The notes below the pieces were generated by a model. That model worked only from the letters and a program-made list of their open reading frames with translations, ran no database searches and was not told the origin of the DNA. This document shows, one piece after another, positions 9,701 to 17,995 of a stretch of DNA of 54,016 nucleotides. A program made the translations under genes and the position numbers. Position 1 is the stretch's first letter; every line of letters starts with the position of its first letter. The stretch comes from a virus (lineage: Duplodnaviria; Caudoviricetes), in the IMG/VR virus record IMGVR_UViG_3300042332_001412, positions 1-54,016 of that record. One strand, 5' to 3'.

Positions 9701-10705
9701 TTATTTTAATTTTGGTTTTTGCCAATCGGGACCTTTTAATTTTGATTTTGCTGCAGATTGTTCTCCTGCACTTGTTGTTCTATCTGCAAGATTTCTAATC
9801 TTTGCTTGTCTCTTAGCAGCACTATGTCCAGAACCAATTTGGAAACTTACATTATCTGCCTCATTCATGAACTGAGAGAAAGATTTTGATTCACCTCTTA
9901 GTTGACGATAATGAGCTTTTAATTCTGCTCCGCCAGAAGCTCTAGCTCCTTTGAGCCAAGGATCTTCATCTGAATCATTTGACTTACTAACTGGCTTGGT
10001 GCTTGATTTATACTTAACTTTTGACGAAGTTGGTTTGCGAGGCATATAGACTTTTCCGCCACTTGCAGTTCTCTCACCAGTATCTACTCTATTCTTCAAT
10101 CTATCTACAATTCTGCTAAGCACTCCTTCATCAATTTTCTCATCTGATGCCAGATATTCTGCAGCAGTATCTACAAAGTCTGCGGCTCTTGTAATTTTAG
10201 ATTGAACCCATGCAGGAAGTTGTTGATCAGACTTGCGAATAATTCTGCGAAGCATTGCAATAGATCTTTCCATTTGATCTAATTCAAGCTTTGCCATATA
10301 TCCTTCATGGTCTTTTATTTTACCAGAAGCAATTTCTTTATGATCTTCGTTCATTTTTAATTGTCTGGTATTCATTTCCCATGCACTTGGTCCATAGGAA
10401 CATTCAGATTTAGTTTCTTTTTTTTCACATAAATGGCAATAACGAACTTCTTCTTTCTCTTCTTTGACGGATTTTTTTCCATCTTTCCATTGAGACTTTA
10501 GTTGCTTTTCCATCTTTAATAAATGCTTGTAATAGTTAGGAAACTCAGCAATATGCTGGAGAGCAATTCCATAAGCCTCATCATGAGTGGTTACATGCTC
10601 TCTTTCTACAGTAGAACCGACTTCTGCTTGTCTAACAACATAATTAACAGAAACGCCATGTTTTTTGGCGATTTCCTTTTCTGTAGGGACTCTAAGCTTA
10701 GCCAT
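9701..10705 (-). CDS. Hypothetical modular protein, probably head-associated (N-terminal VEREH...IALQHIAEFPNYY domain, DUF5661-like)
   Basis: Long ORF between gp16 and gp17 with a KDHEGYMA...LPAWVQSKIT module and several hydrophobic-x-E candidate gp21 cleavage motifs. Confidence 0.7.
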   Translation of the reverse strand: MAKLRVPTEKEIAKKHGVSVNYVVRQAEVGSTVEREHVTTHDEAYGIALQHIAEFPNYYKHLLKMEKQLKSQWKDGKKSVKEEKEEVRYCHLCEKKETKSECSYGPSAWEMNTRQLKMNEDHKEIASGKIKDHEGYMAKLELDQMERSIAMLRRIIRKSDQQLPAWVQSKITRAADFVDTAAEYLASDEKIDEGVLSRIVDRLKNRVDTGERTASGGKVYMPRKPTSSKVKYKSSTKPVSKSNDSDEDPWLKGARASGGAELKAHYRQLRGESKSFSQFMNEADNVSFQIGSGHSAAKRQAKIRNLADRTTSAGEQSAAKSKLKGPDWQKPKLK

Positions 10706-11226
10706 TATCCACCTACAACTTGAACTTGTTCAAATACTACACTAGCACCAATAGCTTCTAGTTTTGCTACCTTTACAACCTGTGGAGACACACCAGTTGA
10801 ATAAGTATAATCTTCAGTTGCAGCAGATGCATCTATATTTGTGGTGATGGCATTGCCAGTTTTTGCGGTAACTTTTTTTCCAGCAGAAGCAGCAGATTCA
10901 AATGCAGCAGGGAGAACTGATCCAGAATCTACAACAGCAATGTAATCTCCAACTGCAAACGGATGTGTATCTGTTGTTGCACCAGCAATACCTAGAGTAT
11001 ATTCGCAAGTAGCAGAATCAGTTGCTTTATAAATTGGAGCTTTTCTAGCTTTTCCTCCAGAAAGTAACAGTGATTCTGATGCTTTTACTACTACTGCAGG
11101 ACCATCATTAATTTTTACAGTGCAATCAGTAGTTGCTGTGATGCGAAACACTCCGCTGGTCATTTCGACATAACCTGTACCACCAGATGCTACTGTATTG
11201 GTGGAGATTACATTAAGTACAGACAT
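10705..11226 (-). CDS. Hypothetical protein, probable virion structural protein
   Basis: 173 aa, rich in A/T/V/G and likely beta-rich; TAATG coupling to the next gene; late promoter-like AATAAATA at 11252-11259. Confidence 0.7.
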   Translation of the reverse strand: MSVLNVISTNTVASGGTGYVEMTSGVFRITATTDCTVKINDGPAVVVKASESLLLSGGKARKAPIYKATDSATCEYTLGIAGATTDTHPFAVGDYIAVVDSGSVLPAAFESAASAGKKVTAKTGNAITTNIDASAATEDYTYSTGVSPQVVKVAKLEAIGASVVFEQVQVVGG

Positions 11227-11237
11227 TAAAATACCCC

Positions 11238-11657
11238 TTATTCTTCTTTATTATTTATTTTTGATTGTTTTAGAAACTTTTGAAGTTCTGCAGTACTTCC
11301 AACAAACATAGTATTATTTACAGTAGTAGGACCATTTTGCTTTACAATATCCTCATCAATGGTTTTCATTTTCTTTTGTAAATCAATTAACTTATCTGTC
11401 ATGTCTGCAATGTTTTTCATTCCCTGGAAGGCAACTTCATATGCTCTTGGATGATCGCTATTTTTAGCAACATCCATAATTCCATCAATTGCTTCTTGTC
11501 CTTTTTGAATTAAATCGTAAAGTTGCCCTCTACTATATTCATAGTCAGATTTAATATCATCAGAATCTGATTCCTCATTATGTTTTACAATTTCTACTGA
11601 AACTTCTTCATGAGGAATTATATTAAAAGTATCATCCAATTTATCGTAAGCTGACAT
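11238..11657 (-). CDS. gp16: Terminase small subunit (gp16-like)
   Basis: DYEYSRGQLY, HPRAYEVA and NNTMFVGSTAELQKFL. Confidence 0.95.
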   Translation of the reverse strand: MSAYDKLDDTFNIIPHEEVSVEIVKHNEESDSDDIKSDYEYSRGQLYDLIQKGQEAIDGIMDVAKNSDHPRAYEVAFQGMKNIADMTDKLIDLQKKMKTIDEDIVKQNGPTTVNNTMFVGSTAELQKFLKQSKINNKEE

Positions 11658-11659
11658 AA

Positions 11660-12457
11660 TTATTCAGTCCAAAGTTCATTAAATCCAAAGTCATCATCTG
11701 CTTCTACTAAAGCATCATCTGCAGCATTAATTTGTCCATCATCATTTAAATCTTCTAATGCTTTTGGAGTTACGCTATATGTAATGTATCTATTAGCATT
11801 AATTGCAGTTCCAATATCAACATTGACTTTTTTGATGACATCAGAAGTTGTAACTGGCCCGTAGATGTATGACTTTGCAGTAAATATTAAAGTATAAATG
11901 ATAGTTCTTCTAGTGGTAAAATCTCCTTCATAATCATCTTGAATAGATACATTATTCAATAAAATAGGAATATCTTTCTTTTCATCTGTTTCTGCAACCA
12001 TGTTAATAGTGATTGAAAAATATGGCTGAAAGAAAGGTAAAATCTGTTCTAAAATTTGTACTGCATCATCATTATTTTTACTGATAATAGAAACTTCAAA
12101 ATCTAAATTGTATGGAACTGGCAAATAATGAGAATATGATTTTTCTGTGTCTCCGTTTTTTGGAGTTCTGCATACTTGAGTGGGACCAAGTTTTCTTCCA
12201 GCATCATATGAGATTGATTTCATTTCAAAAGAAATCCTTGGAAGCTGGATTTGAGTAGGTCTCCTTTTATCTAAATTTGGTTCTGCTTCGATACGAGCAA
12301 GAAATTTTTCAGTAGGACCATATGCTAGTGGAACTTTGATAGTCTGCTGAACAGCTCCATCTTTGTCCTTTCTTCTCAATTCAATATTATTAAAAAGAGT
12401 TCCAAATCCAATAATTGTTTTACGAATTGATTCGTTATAAAAATGTGTACCTAACAT
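11660..12457 (-). CDS. gp15: Tail sheath stabiliser / tail completion protein (gp15-like)
   Basis: FGTLFNNI, KVPLAYGPTEKFLAR, LPRISFEM, QILEQILPFFQP and DDYEGDFTTRRTIIYTL. Confidence 0.95.
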   Translation of the reverse strand: MLGTHFYNESIRKTIIGFGTLFNNIELRRKDKDGAVQQTIKVPLAYGPTEKFLARIEAEPNLDKRRPTQIQLPRISFEMKSISYDAGRKLGPTQVCRTPKNGDTEKSYSHYLPVPYNLDFEVSIISKNNDDAVQILEQILPFFQPYFSITINMVAETDEKKDIPILLNNVSIQDDYEGDFTTRRTIIYTLIFTAKSYIYGPVTTSDVIKKVNVDIGTAINANRYITYSVTPKALEDLNDDGQINAADDALVEADDDFGFNELWTE

Positions 12458-13554
12458 TAAAATTCTCCCATATTTGTATATTCACCAAATGGATTTCTTT
12501 CGGTCCAATCGAGAAGTTTGTCTCCTTCATCTTCAAACCATTTATTTTCATTGAAATCATCATTTTCATTTTCAATAGAGCTAAAGGTATTGACTACCCA
12601 TTCAGCTCCGCTAGTTTGGCCAATTAAAGTTTCATTATCTTTAAAAGTTCCTACTATATCTATAAGTTCAAGCTCTTTATTAGTAACATCATAACGAATT
12701 ACTTTTCCAGTGGCTCCACTTATAGATCCAGTTACTGTTTCTTCGTATTTATAAGTTCCTTTAGGAGCCAATATTGCTTGTGCAGTAGCTCCATTTCCAG
12801 AACCAGATATTGCAACTCCAGGAACACTATTGTATCCAGTTCCTGGATCAATAATTTTAATGCCAGTTACAATACCTCCAGATATTACAGCAGAAGCTCT
12901 TGCACCAGATGCACCATTCACCGAACCAAGTGCGACAGTAGTTCCAGAAGCTGTATATCCAGTACCTCCAGAAAGTACATTAATTTGTTTAAGTCCCTCA
13001 GTAAGTTTGAATGTAATTGAATATCCTTCGTCTCTTCTAATTTTATCAATTTCTTCAATTCCAGTTTCAAATCTTTCGCTGGAATCTTCCATTACTTCAC
13101 AAACTAGTTGATAAGTTGCAATCTGTCCTAGTTGTCTAAATGGTTTATTGTGCTCTACAAATTTAATTTGGAATAATTGATTCGTGAGAGGGAAATAAAT
13201 TACATCTCCTTCATTTGGCCTATGGTTAGATAGTAAGTTGTTTGAAGAAGATATTAAATCTTCCCATCTTCTTTTGGATATAATAAATGTAGCTTCTTCT
13301 GCAATTCTAACTCCAAATTTAGTTAGTAAAGTTCCTTCTCCAGTAAATCCTTCATAGTTAGAAACATACATTTCGATCATGTAGTTTTCATCAAACATCG
13401 CAAGAGGATCTTCTCCAAATAATCTTTCATCATTAGAAAATTCTCTTGGCAAATAATAAACATCAAAGCCATAAATTTTTAAAGACTCTATGATTAGATC
13501 TTCGTAAAGTTTTTGCTCAGAAGAAGTTCCGTGAGAAAAATAAACATTTTTCAT
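12457..13554 (-). CDS. gp14: Neck protein (gp14-like) with a Gly-rich insertion
   Basis: EQKLYEDLIIESLKIYGFDVYYLPRE, RPNEGDVIYFP, FQIKFVEH and a C-terminal ERNPFG. Confidence 0.94.
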   Translation of the reverse strand: MKNVYFSHGTSSEQKLYEDLIIESLKIYGFDVYYLPREFSNDERLFGEDPLAMFDENYMIEMYVSNYEGFTGEGTLLTKFGVRIAEEATFIISKRRWEDLISSSNNLLSNHRPNEGDVIYFPLTNQLFQIKFVEHNKPFRQLGQIATYQLVCEVMEDSSERFETGIEEIDKIRRDEGYSITFKLTEGLKQINVLSGGTGYTASGTTVALGSVNGASGARASAVISGGIVTGIKIIDPGTGYNSVPGVAISGSGNGATAQAILAPKGTYKYEETVTGSISGATGKVIRYDVTNKELELIDIVGTFKDNETLIGQTSGAEWVVNTFSSIENENDDFNENKWFEDEGDKLLDWTERNPFGEYTNMGEF

Positions 13555-13555
13555 T

Positions 13556-14377
13556 TTATCCGACCATATCTAATGGAGGTAGTTCATATGTAGTTTTAAG
13601 ATCTTCCATTAATTTCTCTATTTCTCCTATTGCATCGTCATACATTTGACGGCCATTGAAAGTAACTCCACCTGGCATTTGAATACCTTCAAATTTTGAT
13701 AAATTCTGTCCCCACTGCCTTTTAATTAATGCAGTTAAATAATTTTTAACCCATCGTTCATTATACAATCCAGTAAATTGATTGGGGTCAAGTGCTCGGT
13801 AACAATCAATGACAATAAAATCATCCTTGGATTGCATTCCCCAATCCAAATCTATATAAAGTCTATTTTGAACTTTATTATATCTAATATCTTTATTGCC
13901 CTCTAGCATAAAATCTAAAGTCTCAAGATAAGTCAATACCATGTAATAATTCATGATATCATATGAATAAAAATTATAAAAATCATTCAGGAAAAATTGG
14001 TATCTAAAACCAAACATGTTATTAACAAAGGCATTGGATACCTTAAAAATTCCTTGTACTCCAACAATGTGATCAGGGACAGTTAAATATCCTCTTCCTT
14101 CTTCAAAATTAAGTGTTCTTGAATTATCCGAATCGTTAGTATCTGTTTTAGTAGTAATAAAATTTCTCTTCTTTCCATTGTCAATATCTTCTTGGGTAAG
14201 TTTGTACTTTAAGTACATTCTTTCCATTCCATTATATGCTCTATCATTATATAATGAGATCGTATCATCAATTAAATCTTCAATTTGATCATCATCAACA
14301 TTAATTTCGATCACTGGTTTCCCAAGTCTACGAAGACAATATTCTTTAAGTTGTGTTCTACTACTTGGTTCTGCCAT
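13556..14377 (-). CDS. gp13: Neck protein (gp13-like)
   Basis: LKEYCLRRLGKPVIEINVDDDQ and KRQWGQNLSKFEGIQMPGGVTFNG. Confidence 0.96.
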   Translation of the reverse strand: MAEPSSRTQLKEYCLRRLGKPVIEINVDDDQIEDLIDDTISLYNDRAYNGMERMYLKYKLTQEDIDNGKKRNFITTKTDTNDSDNSRTLNFEEGRGYLTVPDHIVGVQGIFKVSNAFVNNMFGFRYQFFLNDFYNFYSYDIMNYYMVLTYLETLDFMLEGNKDIRYNKVQNRLYIDLDWGMQSKDDFIVIDCYRALDPNQFTGLYNERWVKNYLTALIKRQWGQNLSKFEGIQMPGGVTFNGRQMYDDAIGEIEKLMEDLKTTYELPPLDMVG

Positions 14378-14604
14378 TATGCTGACCTTCTAGTTTTGGG
14401 AGATTCTTTTTGAGTAGATGGAGAATCTTCACCAAAAGCTCCTCCATCAGATACTGAAGATTCTGTATTCATCTTAGTAATAACATTATTGAGGTAAATT
14501 ATTTTAGCCTCAAGCATAATATTTTGTGATGTCAATTCATTGATTTTCTTTTGCATCACCGATAACAAATTGTTAATTTCATCTTGATTCATAATTTTCT
14601 CCAA
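14377..14604 (-). CDS. Small coiled-coil hypothetical protein
   Basis: 75 aa with KINELTSQNIMLEAKI; TAATG coupling to gp13. Confidence 0.75.
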   Translation of the reverse strand: MEKIMNQDEINNLLSVMQKKINELTSQNIMLEAKIIYLNNVITKMNTESSVSDGGAFGEDSPSTQKESPKTRRSA

Positions 14605-14611
14605 TTAATAA

Positions 14612-17014
14612 TTAGTAGGTTCCTCCGTCGAGGGTTGTGGTCCAAACTGGAACTCCAGATCCATTTACAGTTAGAATTTGGTTTGAAGTTGATGCATCTG
14701 CAGTTCCTGCAGCAGCAGTGCTGGTAACTCTCTTATATGCATCAAAGAATGGAATACCATTGTGAACACCATCATCTAACTTTACAGTTTTGAAGTATGC
14801 ACTACCTCTAGTTCCACTAAAAACATTTCCACTGTTTGTTGCATCTGGAATGTATGTAAAGTAGTATGTTATTACATCCTCGCTAATTCCAGATTCATCA
14901 TAACCAAAGAAACCAGTTTTTAGACTATCACGATAGTATCTATACTCGATACCACGATCCATATTATCGTCTGCACCTTGAGTAAAGGTTAGTGCAGTTC
15001 CAGATGCAATTCCACCAGTTAGTGGATTGTTTAGAGTTACTTGAGTTCCTGAAGTAACAGTAATCGTTGTTCCTGGAGTGATATTAGCATCACCACTAAT
15101 AATATCTCCAGTATTCAATCCTGTAGTATTATCTAAAGTTAAAGTTGTTGCTCCATTTGAAGCAGATGCAGTTAGTACCTTCTCACTGATCGCATCTCCA
15201 AGAGTGAAGACAGGATCATTAACCGTCATTACTGTAGAGTTTACAGTAGTAGTTGTACCAGTTACCTTAAAGTTGCCTCGTACAACGACATCACCACCAG
15301 CATCTCCACCAGCAGGATAAGGGTCAAGGGTAATAGTTTGGCCATTTGTATCTCCATAAATTGTAGATCCGTTAATTTTTAGATCTCCAAAATCAGTTGT
15401 AGTAGCAGCAGTACCAAAATTAATGGTTGTTGCAGCACCAAATGCGTTTACTGTTGTTGCAGTTGTGTTTGCAAGATTGAAAGTGGTTGTCGAGACAGTT
15501 AGATCCCCACCATCAATGTTTACATCACCATCAACATCAAGATTATTATTGATATTAGTAGTACCAGTTGCAGCACCAATCTCAATGGTAGTTGCAGCTC
15601 CAGCGAAGTTTACTGTAGTTGCGTTGGCATTTGCAAGATTAAAGGTTGTTGTTGAAACGGTTAGATCTCCACCGTCGATATTGACATCACCATCAACATC
15701 AAGATTGTTATTAATGTTGGTTGTGCCAGTTGCAGCACCGATCTCAATACTAGTTGCGGCACCGAATGCATTTACGGTAGTTGCATTGGCATTAGCTAGA
15801 TTGAAAGTTGCGGTTGAAACTGTAAGATCTCCACCGTCAATATTGACATCTCCATCGACATCAAGATTGTTATTGATATTTGTAGTTCCACTTGCAGAAC
15901 CGATTTCAATAGTTGTAGCGGCACCAGCAAAGTTTACTGTAGTTGCAGTAGAGTTTAATAGATTAAATGTTGTTTGATCTGTGGTTAGATCACCACCTTT
16001 TACTTGTAGGTCTAGATCAACAACTAAGTTATTGTTAATATTAGTAGTTCCACTTGCAGCACCAATTTCGATGGTAGTTGCAGCACCAAATGCGTTTACT
16101 GTTGTTGCATTGGTATTAAGTAGATTAAATCCAGTCTGATTAGTGGTTAAATCTCCACCATCAATGTTAAGGTCTCTATCAATATCTAGATTTGCAGTAG
16201 AGAATGTAATTAGTTCTCCACCATTAGTTGTAGTAATATTGATGTACTCATTTACACCTTCTTTGATGATTAAAGCGCCTGCAGTATTATCCCTTAGATT
16301 AATATCTGTAGCAACATCAGTTAGATTGATATCTCCACCTTGTACAGTGAGATCTCCAGAAATTGTAAAGTCTGAAGGAGCAGCAAGAGTTCCTACATAT
16401 GCTGATCCAGCAACATAAAGATCTTCACCAATACCAACACCACCTGTTACTACAAGAGCACCTGTAGTAGTTGATGATGATGGAGTATTATCACTAATAC
16501 TGATTGCAACTCCATTTGCAAAATTCCAATCAGCACCTGTTACTTCTAGTCTATCATCAGAAGCTTCATCATATCTAATTTTAGTATCTTTACTTGTACC
16601 AAAAGTTAGAAAAGTGTCATCTGGAATGACTACTTCACCTGCACCGTTTGGATCAATATTAATATCTCCGTCTACATTGGTTGATGAAATAGTATTACCA
16701 TCAAAACCAAGATTATCTACATAAAACTCATTAATTTTCTTGGCAGAGTCTACTACCAGTGCAGAGTTGGCAGTTAGAGTTCCGTGCCCATGATCGAGCA
16801 TGTCAGTGAAGTATTTACCTCCAATGACTTCGATGTTGGCAGCGATACCTCCAGTTTCAGTTCCAGTACCCAAATACATCTTACCATAAGATGCAACTGT
16901 TGCATTTTGTGCATCAGTATAGGTAGTAGAACCCCAGGAATAACCTAATTCACCTTGTCCAAGGTTTGGTTGTCCAGTTCCAGAGGATCTTTTAATTTTA
17001 ATGATAGTTGCCAT
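14612..17014 (-). CDS. Fibre-like virion protein with five 54-aa tandem repeats
   Basis: N-terminal IKIKRSSG...GELGY fibre-anchor-like motif, T/G/N-rich repeats and a C-terminal LDGGTY; it sits where T4 has wac. Confidence 0.8.
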   Translation of the reverse strand: MATIIKIKRSSGTGQPNLGQGELGYSWGSTTYTDAQNATVASYGKMYLGTGTETGGIAANIEVIGGKYFTDMLDHGHGTLTANSALVVDSAKKINEFYVDNLGFDGNTISSTNVDGDINIDPNGAGEVVIPDDTFLTFGTSKDTKIRYDEASDDRLEVTGADWNFANGVAISISDNTPSSSTTTGALVVTGGVGIGEDLYVAGSAYVGTLAAPSDFTISGDLTVQGGDINLTDVATDINLRDNTAGALIIKEGVNEYINITTTNGGELITFSTANLDIDRDLNIDGGDLTTNQTGFNLLNTNATTVNAFGAATTIEIGAASGTTNINNNLVVDLDLQVKGGDLTTDQTTFNLLNSTATTVNFAGAATTIEIGSASGTTNINNNLDVDGDVNIDGGDLTVSTATFNLANANATTVNAFGAATSIEIGAATGTTNINNNLDVDGDVNIDGGDLTVSTTTFNLANANATTVNFAGAATTIEIGAATGTTNINNNLDVDGDVNIDGGDLTVSTTTFNLANTTATTVNAFGAATTINFGTAATTTDFGDLKINGSTIYGDTNGQTITLDPYPAGGDAGGDVVVRGNFKVTGTTTTVNSTVMTVNDPVFTLGDAISEKVLTASASNGATTLTLDNTTGLNTGDIISGDANITPGTTITVTSGTQVTLNNPLTGGIASGTALTFTQGADDNMDRGIEYRYYRDSLKTGFFGYDESGISEDVITYYFTYIPDATNSGNVFSGTRGSAYFKTVKLDDGVHNGIPFFDAYKRVTSTAAAGTADASTSNQILTVNGSGVPVWTTTLDGGTY
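15380..16189 (-). repeat. Five tandem 162-nt (54-aa) coding repeats
   Basis: The unit is LDVDGDVNIDGGDLTVSTxTFNLANANATTVN(AF/FA)GAATTIEIGAATGTTNINNN; tcaacatcaagatt recurs at 15531 and 15693 (period 162). Confidence 0.92.
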
Positions 17015-17031
17015 TTCCGTTTCCCTGATGG

Positions 17032-17238
17032 TTAGTAGTTACCGCAATTAATGGTTAGTCCATTTCTTTCTATGATATTAGAAGCAACCCAAGCCCCAAC
17101 AGTGGCATCATATTGTAAAAGGGCTCCGTGTTGTGCATTTAATGCATCAACATCACTTAATGATGATATTTTTTGTGCTGCGTTTGCCGCAACAGTTATT
17201 ACTTGTGGCTGATTTGAAACCGTTACTTTTGTTTTCAT
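17032..17238 (-). CDS. Small fibre-associated hypothetical protein
   Basis: ISSLSDVD...GALLQYDATVGAW motif typical of phage fibre segments; ATGA overlap with the upstream gene. Confidence 0.75.
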   Translation of the reverse strand: MKTKVTVSNQPQVITVAANAAQKISSLSDVDALNAQHGALLQYDATVGAWVASNIIERNGLTINCGNY

Positions 17239-17567
17239 GTTACTCCAGGATTGATAGTAACAATTCCCTCTATTACTCTAGTTTTTTTGCCAGAAGAATT
17301 AGTTAAAACTACATCATACAAGTATCTACCCTGTTCTAATGAACTGGTTTGTGCAGAAGTCAATTCAAGGATAACAATTCCGGTGGTTCGGATGGCTGTA
17401 AAACTTACAGTAAAACTTACTGAATTTGTGCTATAATAAGATTTCCTTATTTTAGCAGCTCCAGTATAGCCAGTTAAATTCCAAGGGGCATTATTATCGT
17501 CAGAAATGGTAATTTGAGCATTAAAATCAGAGCCTTGGTCAATATATAAGTTTTTTACAGCGGCCAT
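17235..17567 (-). CDS. Conserved virion structural protein (beta-rich)
   Basis: NLYIDQGSDF...LTGYT...IRKSY...GRYLYDV...RVIEGIVTINPGVT, a pattern I recognise from T4-like cyanophage tail regions. Confidence 0.8.
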   Translation of the reverse strand: MAAVKNLYIDQGSDFNAQITISDDNNAPWNLTGYTGAAKIRKSYYSTNSVSFTVSFTAIRTTGIVILELTSAQTSSLEQGRYLYDVVLTNSSGKKTRVIEGIVTINPGVT

Positions 17568-17574
17568 TTAAAAA

Positions 17575-17607
17575 TATTTATATAGAGAGGTCTCCCTAGT
17601 ATTTATA
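17575..17607 (-). promoter_or_regulatory. Two T4 late promoters TATAAATA (17575-17582 and 17600-17607)
   Basis: Two exact matches; the upstream one lies in the loop of a 10-bp inverted repeat. Confidence 0.65.
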
Positions 17608-17618
17608 AGGAGACCTCT
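17586..17618. terminator. Inverted repeat AGAGGTCTCC / GGAGACCTCT (terminator-like or regulatory hairpin)
   Basis: Perfect 10-bp stem with a 13-nt loop, just downstream of the NblA-like ORF; the U-tail is weak. Confidence 0.5.
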
Positions 17619-17625
17619 TCTTGAA

Positions 17626-17784
17626 TTATTTTTTTATGAGTAAATTCATAACTACATGTTGTTGCATATGATATAATCTAGCAAATTCTTTTGCTATTTT
17701 TTTAGCCCCTTCTTCATTCAAAGTATCTATGTCATTATAAATTTTTTGAAGAGTGAATTGTTTAGTTAGTGGTAGTTCGTTCAT
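17626..17784 (-). CDS. NblA-like phycobilisome degradation protein (candidate), 52 aa
   Basis: Below the ORF-track cutoff. MNELPLTKQFTLQKIYNDIDTLNEEGAKKIAKEFARLYHMQQHVVMNLLIKK has the size and the L-x-L-x-x-QF-x-L ... two-helix ... Q-x4-LL pattern of NblA. Confidence 0.5.
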   Translation of the reverse strand: MNELPLTKQFTLQKIYNDIDTLNEEGAKKIAKEFARLYHMQQHVVMNLLIKK

Positions 17785-17995
17785 TTAATTTCAAAAGCAA
17801 GTTTTTAATTTCACCAATTTCAGACTTGAGATTGTTCAAGTCTTGCTCAATTCTATCAATTTTTTGAGATTTATTCTGTCTCATTTGATAGTTTTTCATA
17901 TAAGTTTCATATTCATATGAATTGTCATTTATTATAGCACCACTGGTCATATCTCTATAAAGACCAGGGTGCCCATCAACCATTACCTTTTTCAT
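17762..17995 (-). CDS. Small hypothetical protein with a C-terminal coiled coil
   Basis: VDGHPGLYRD..SGAIIN...LKSEIGEIKNLL; coupled (TAATG) to the 2101-aa gene. Confidence 0.85.
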   Translation of the reverse strand: MKKVMVDGHPGLYRDMTSGAIINDNSYEYETYMKNYQMRQNKSQKIDRIEQDLNNLKSEIGEIKNLLLKLNERTTTN

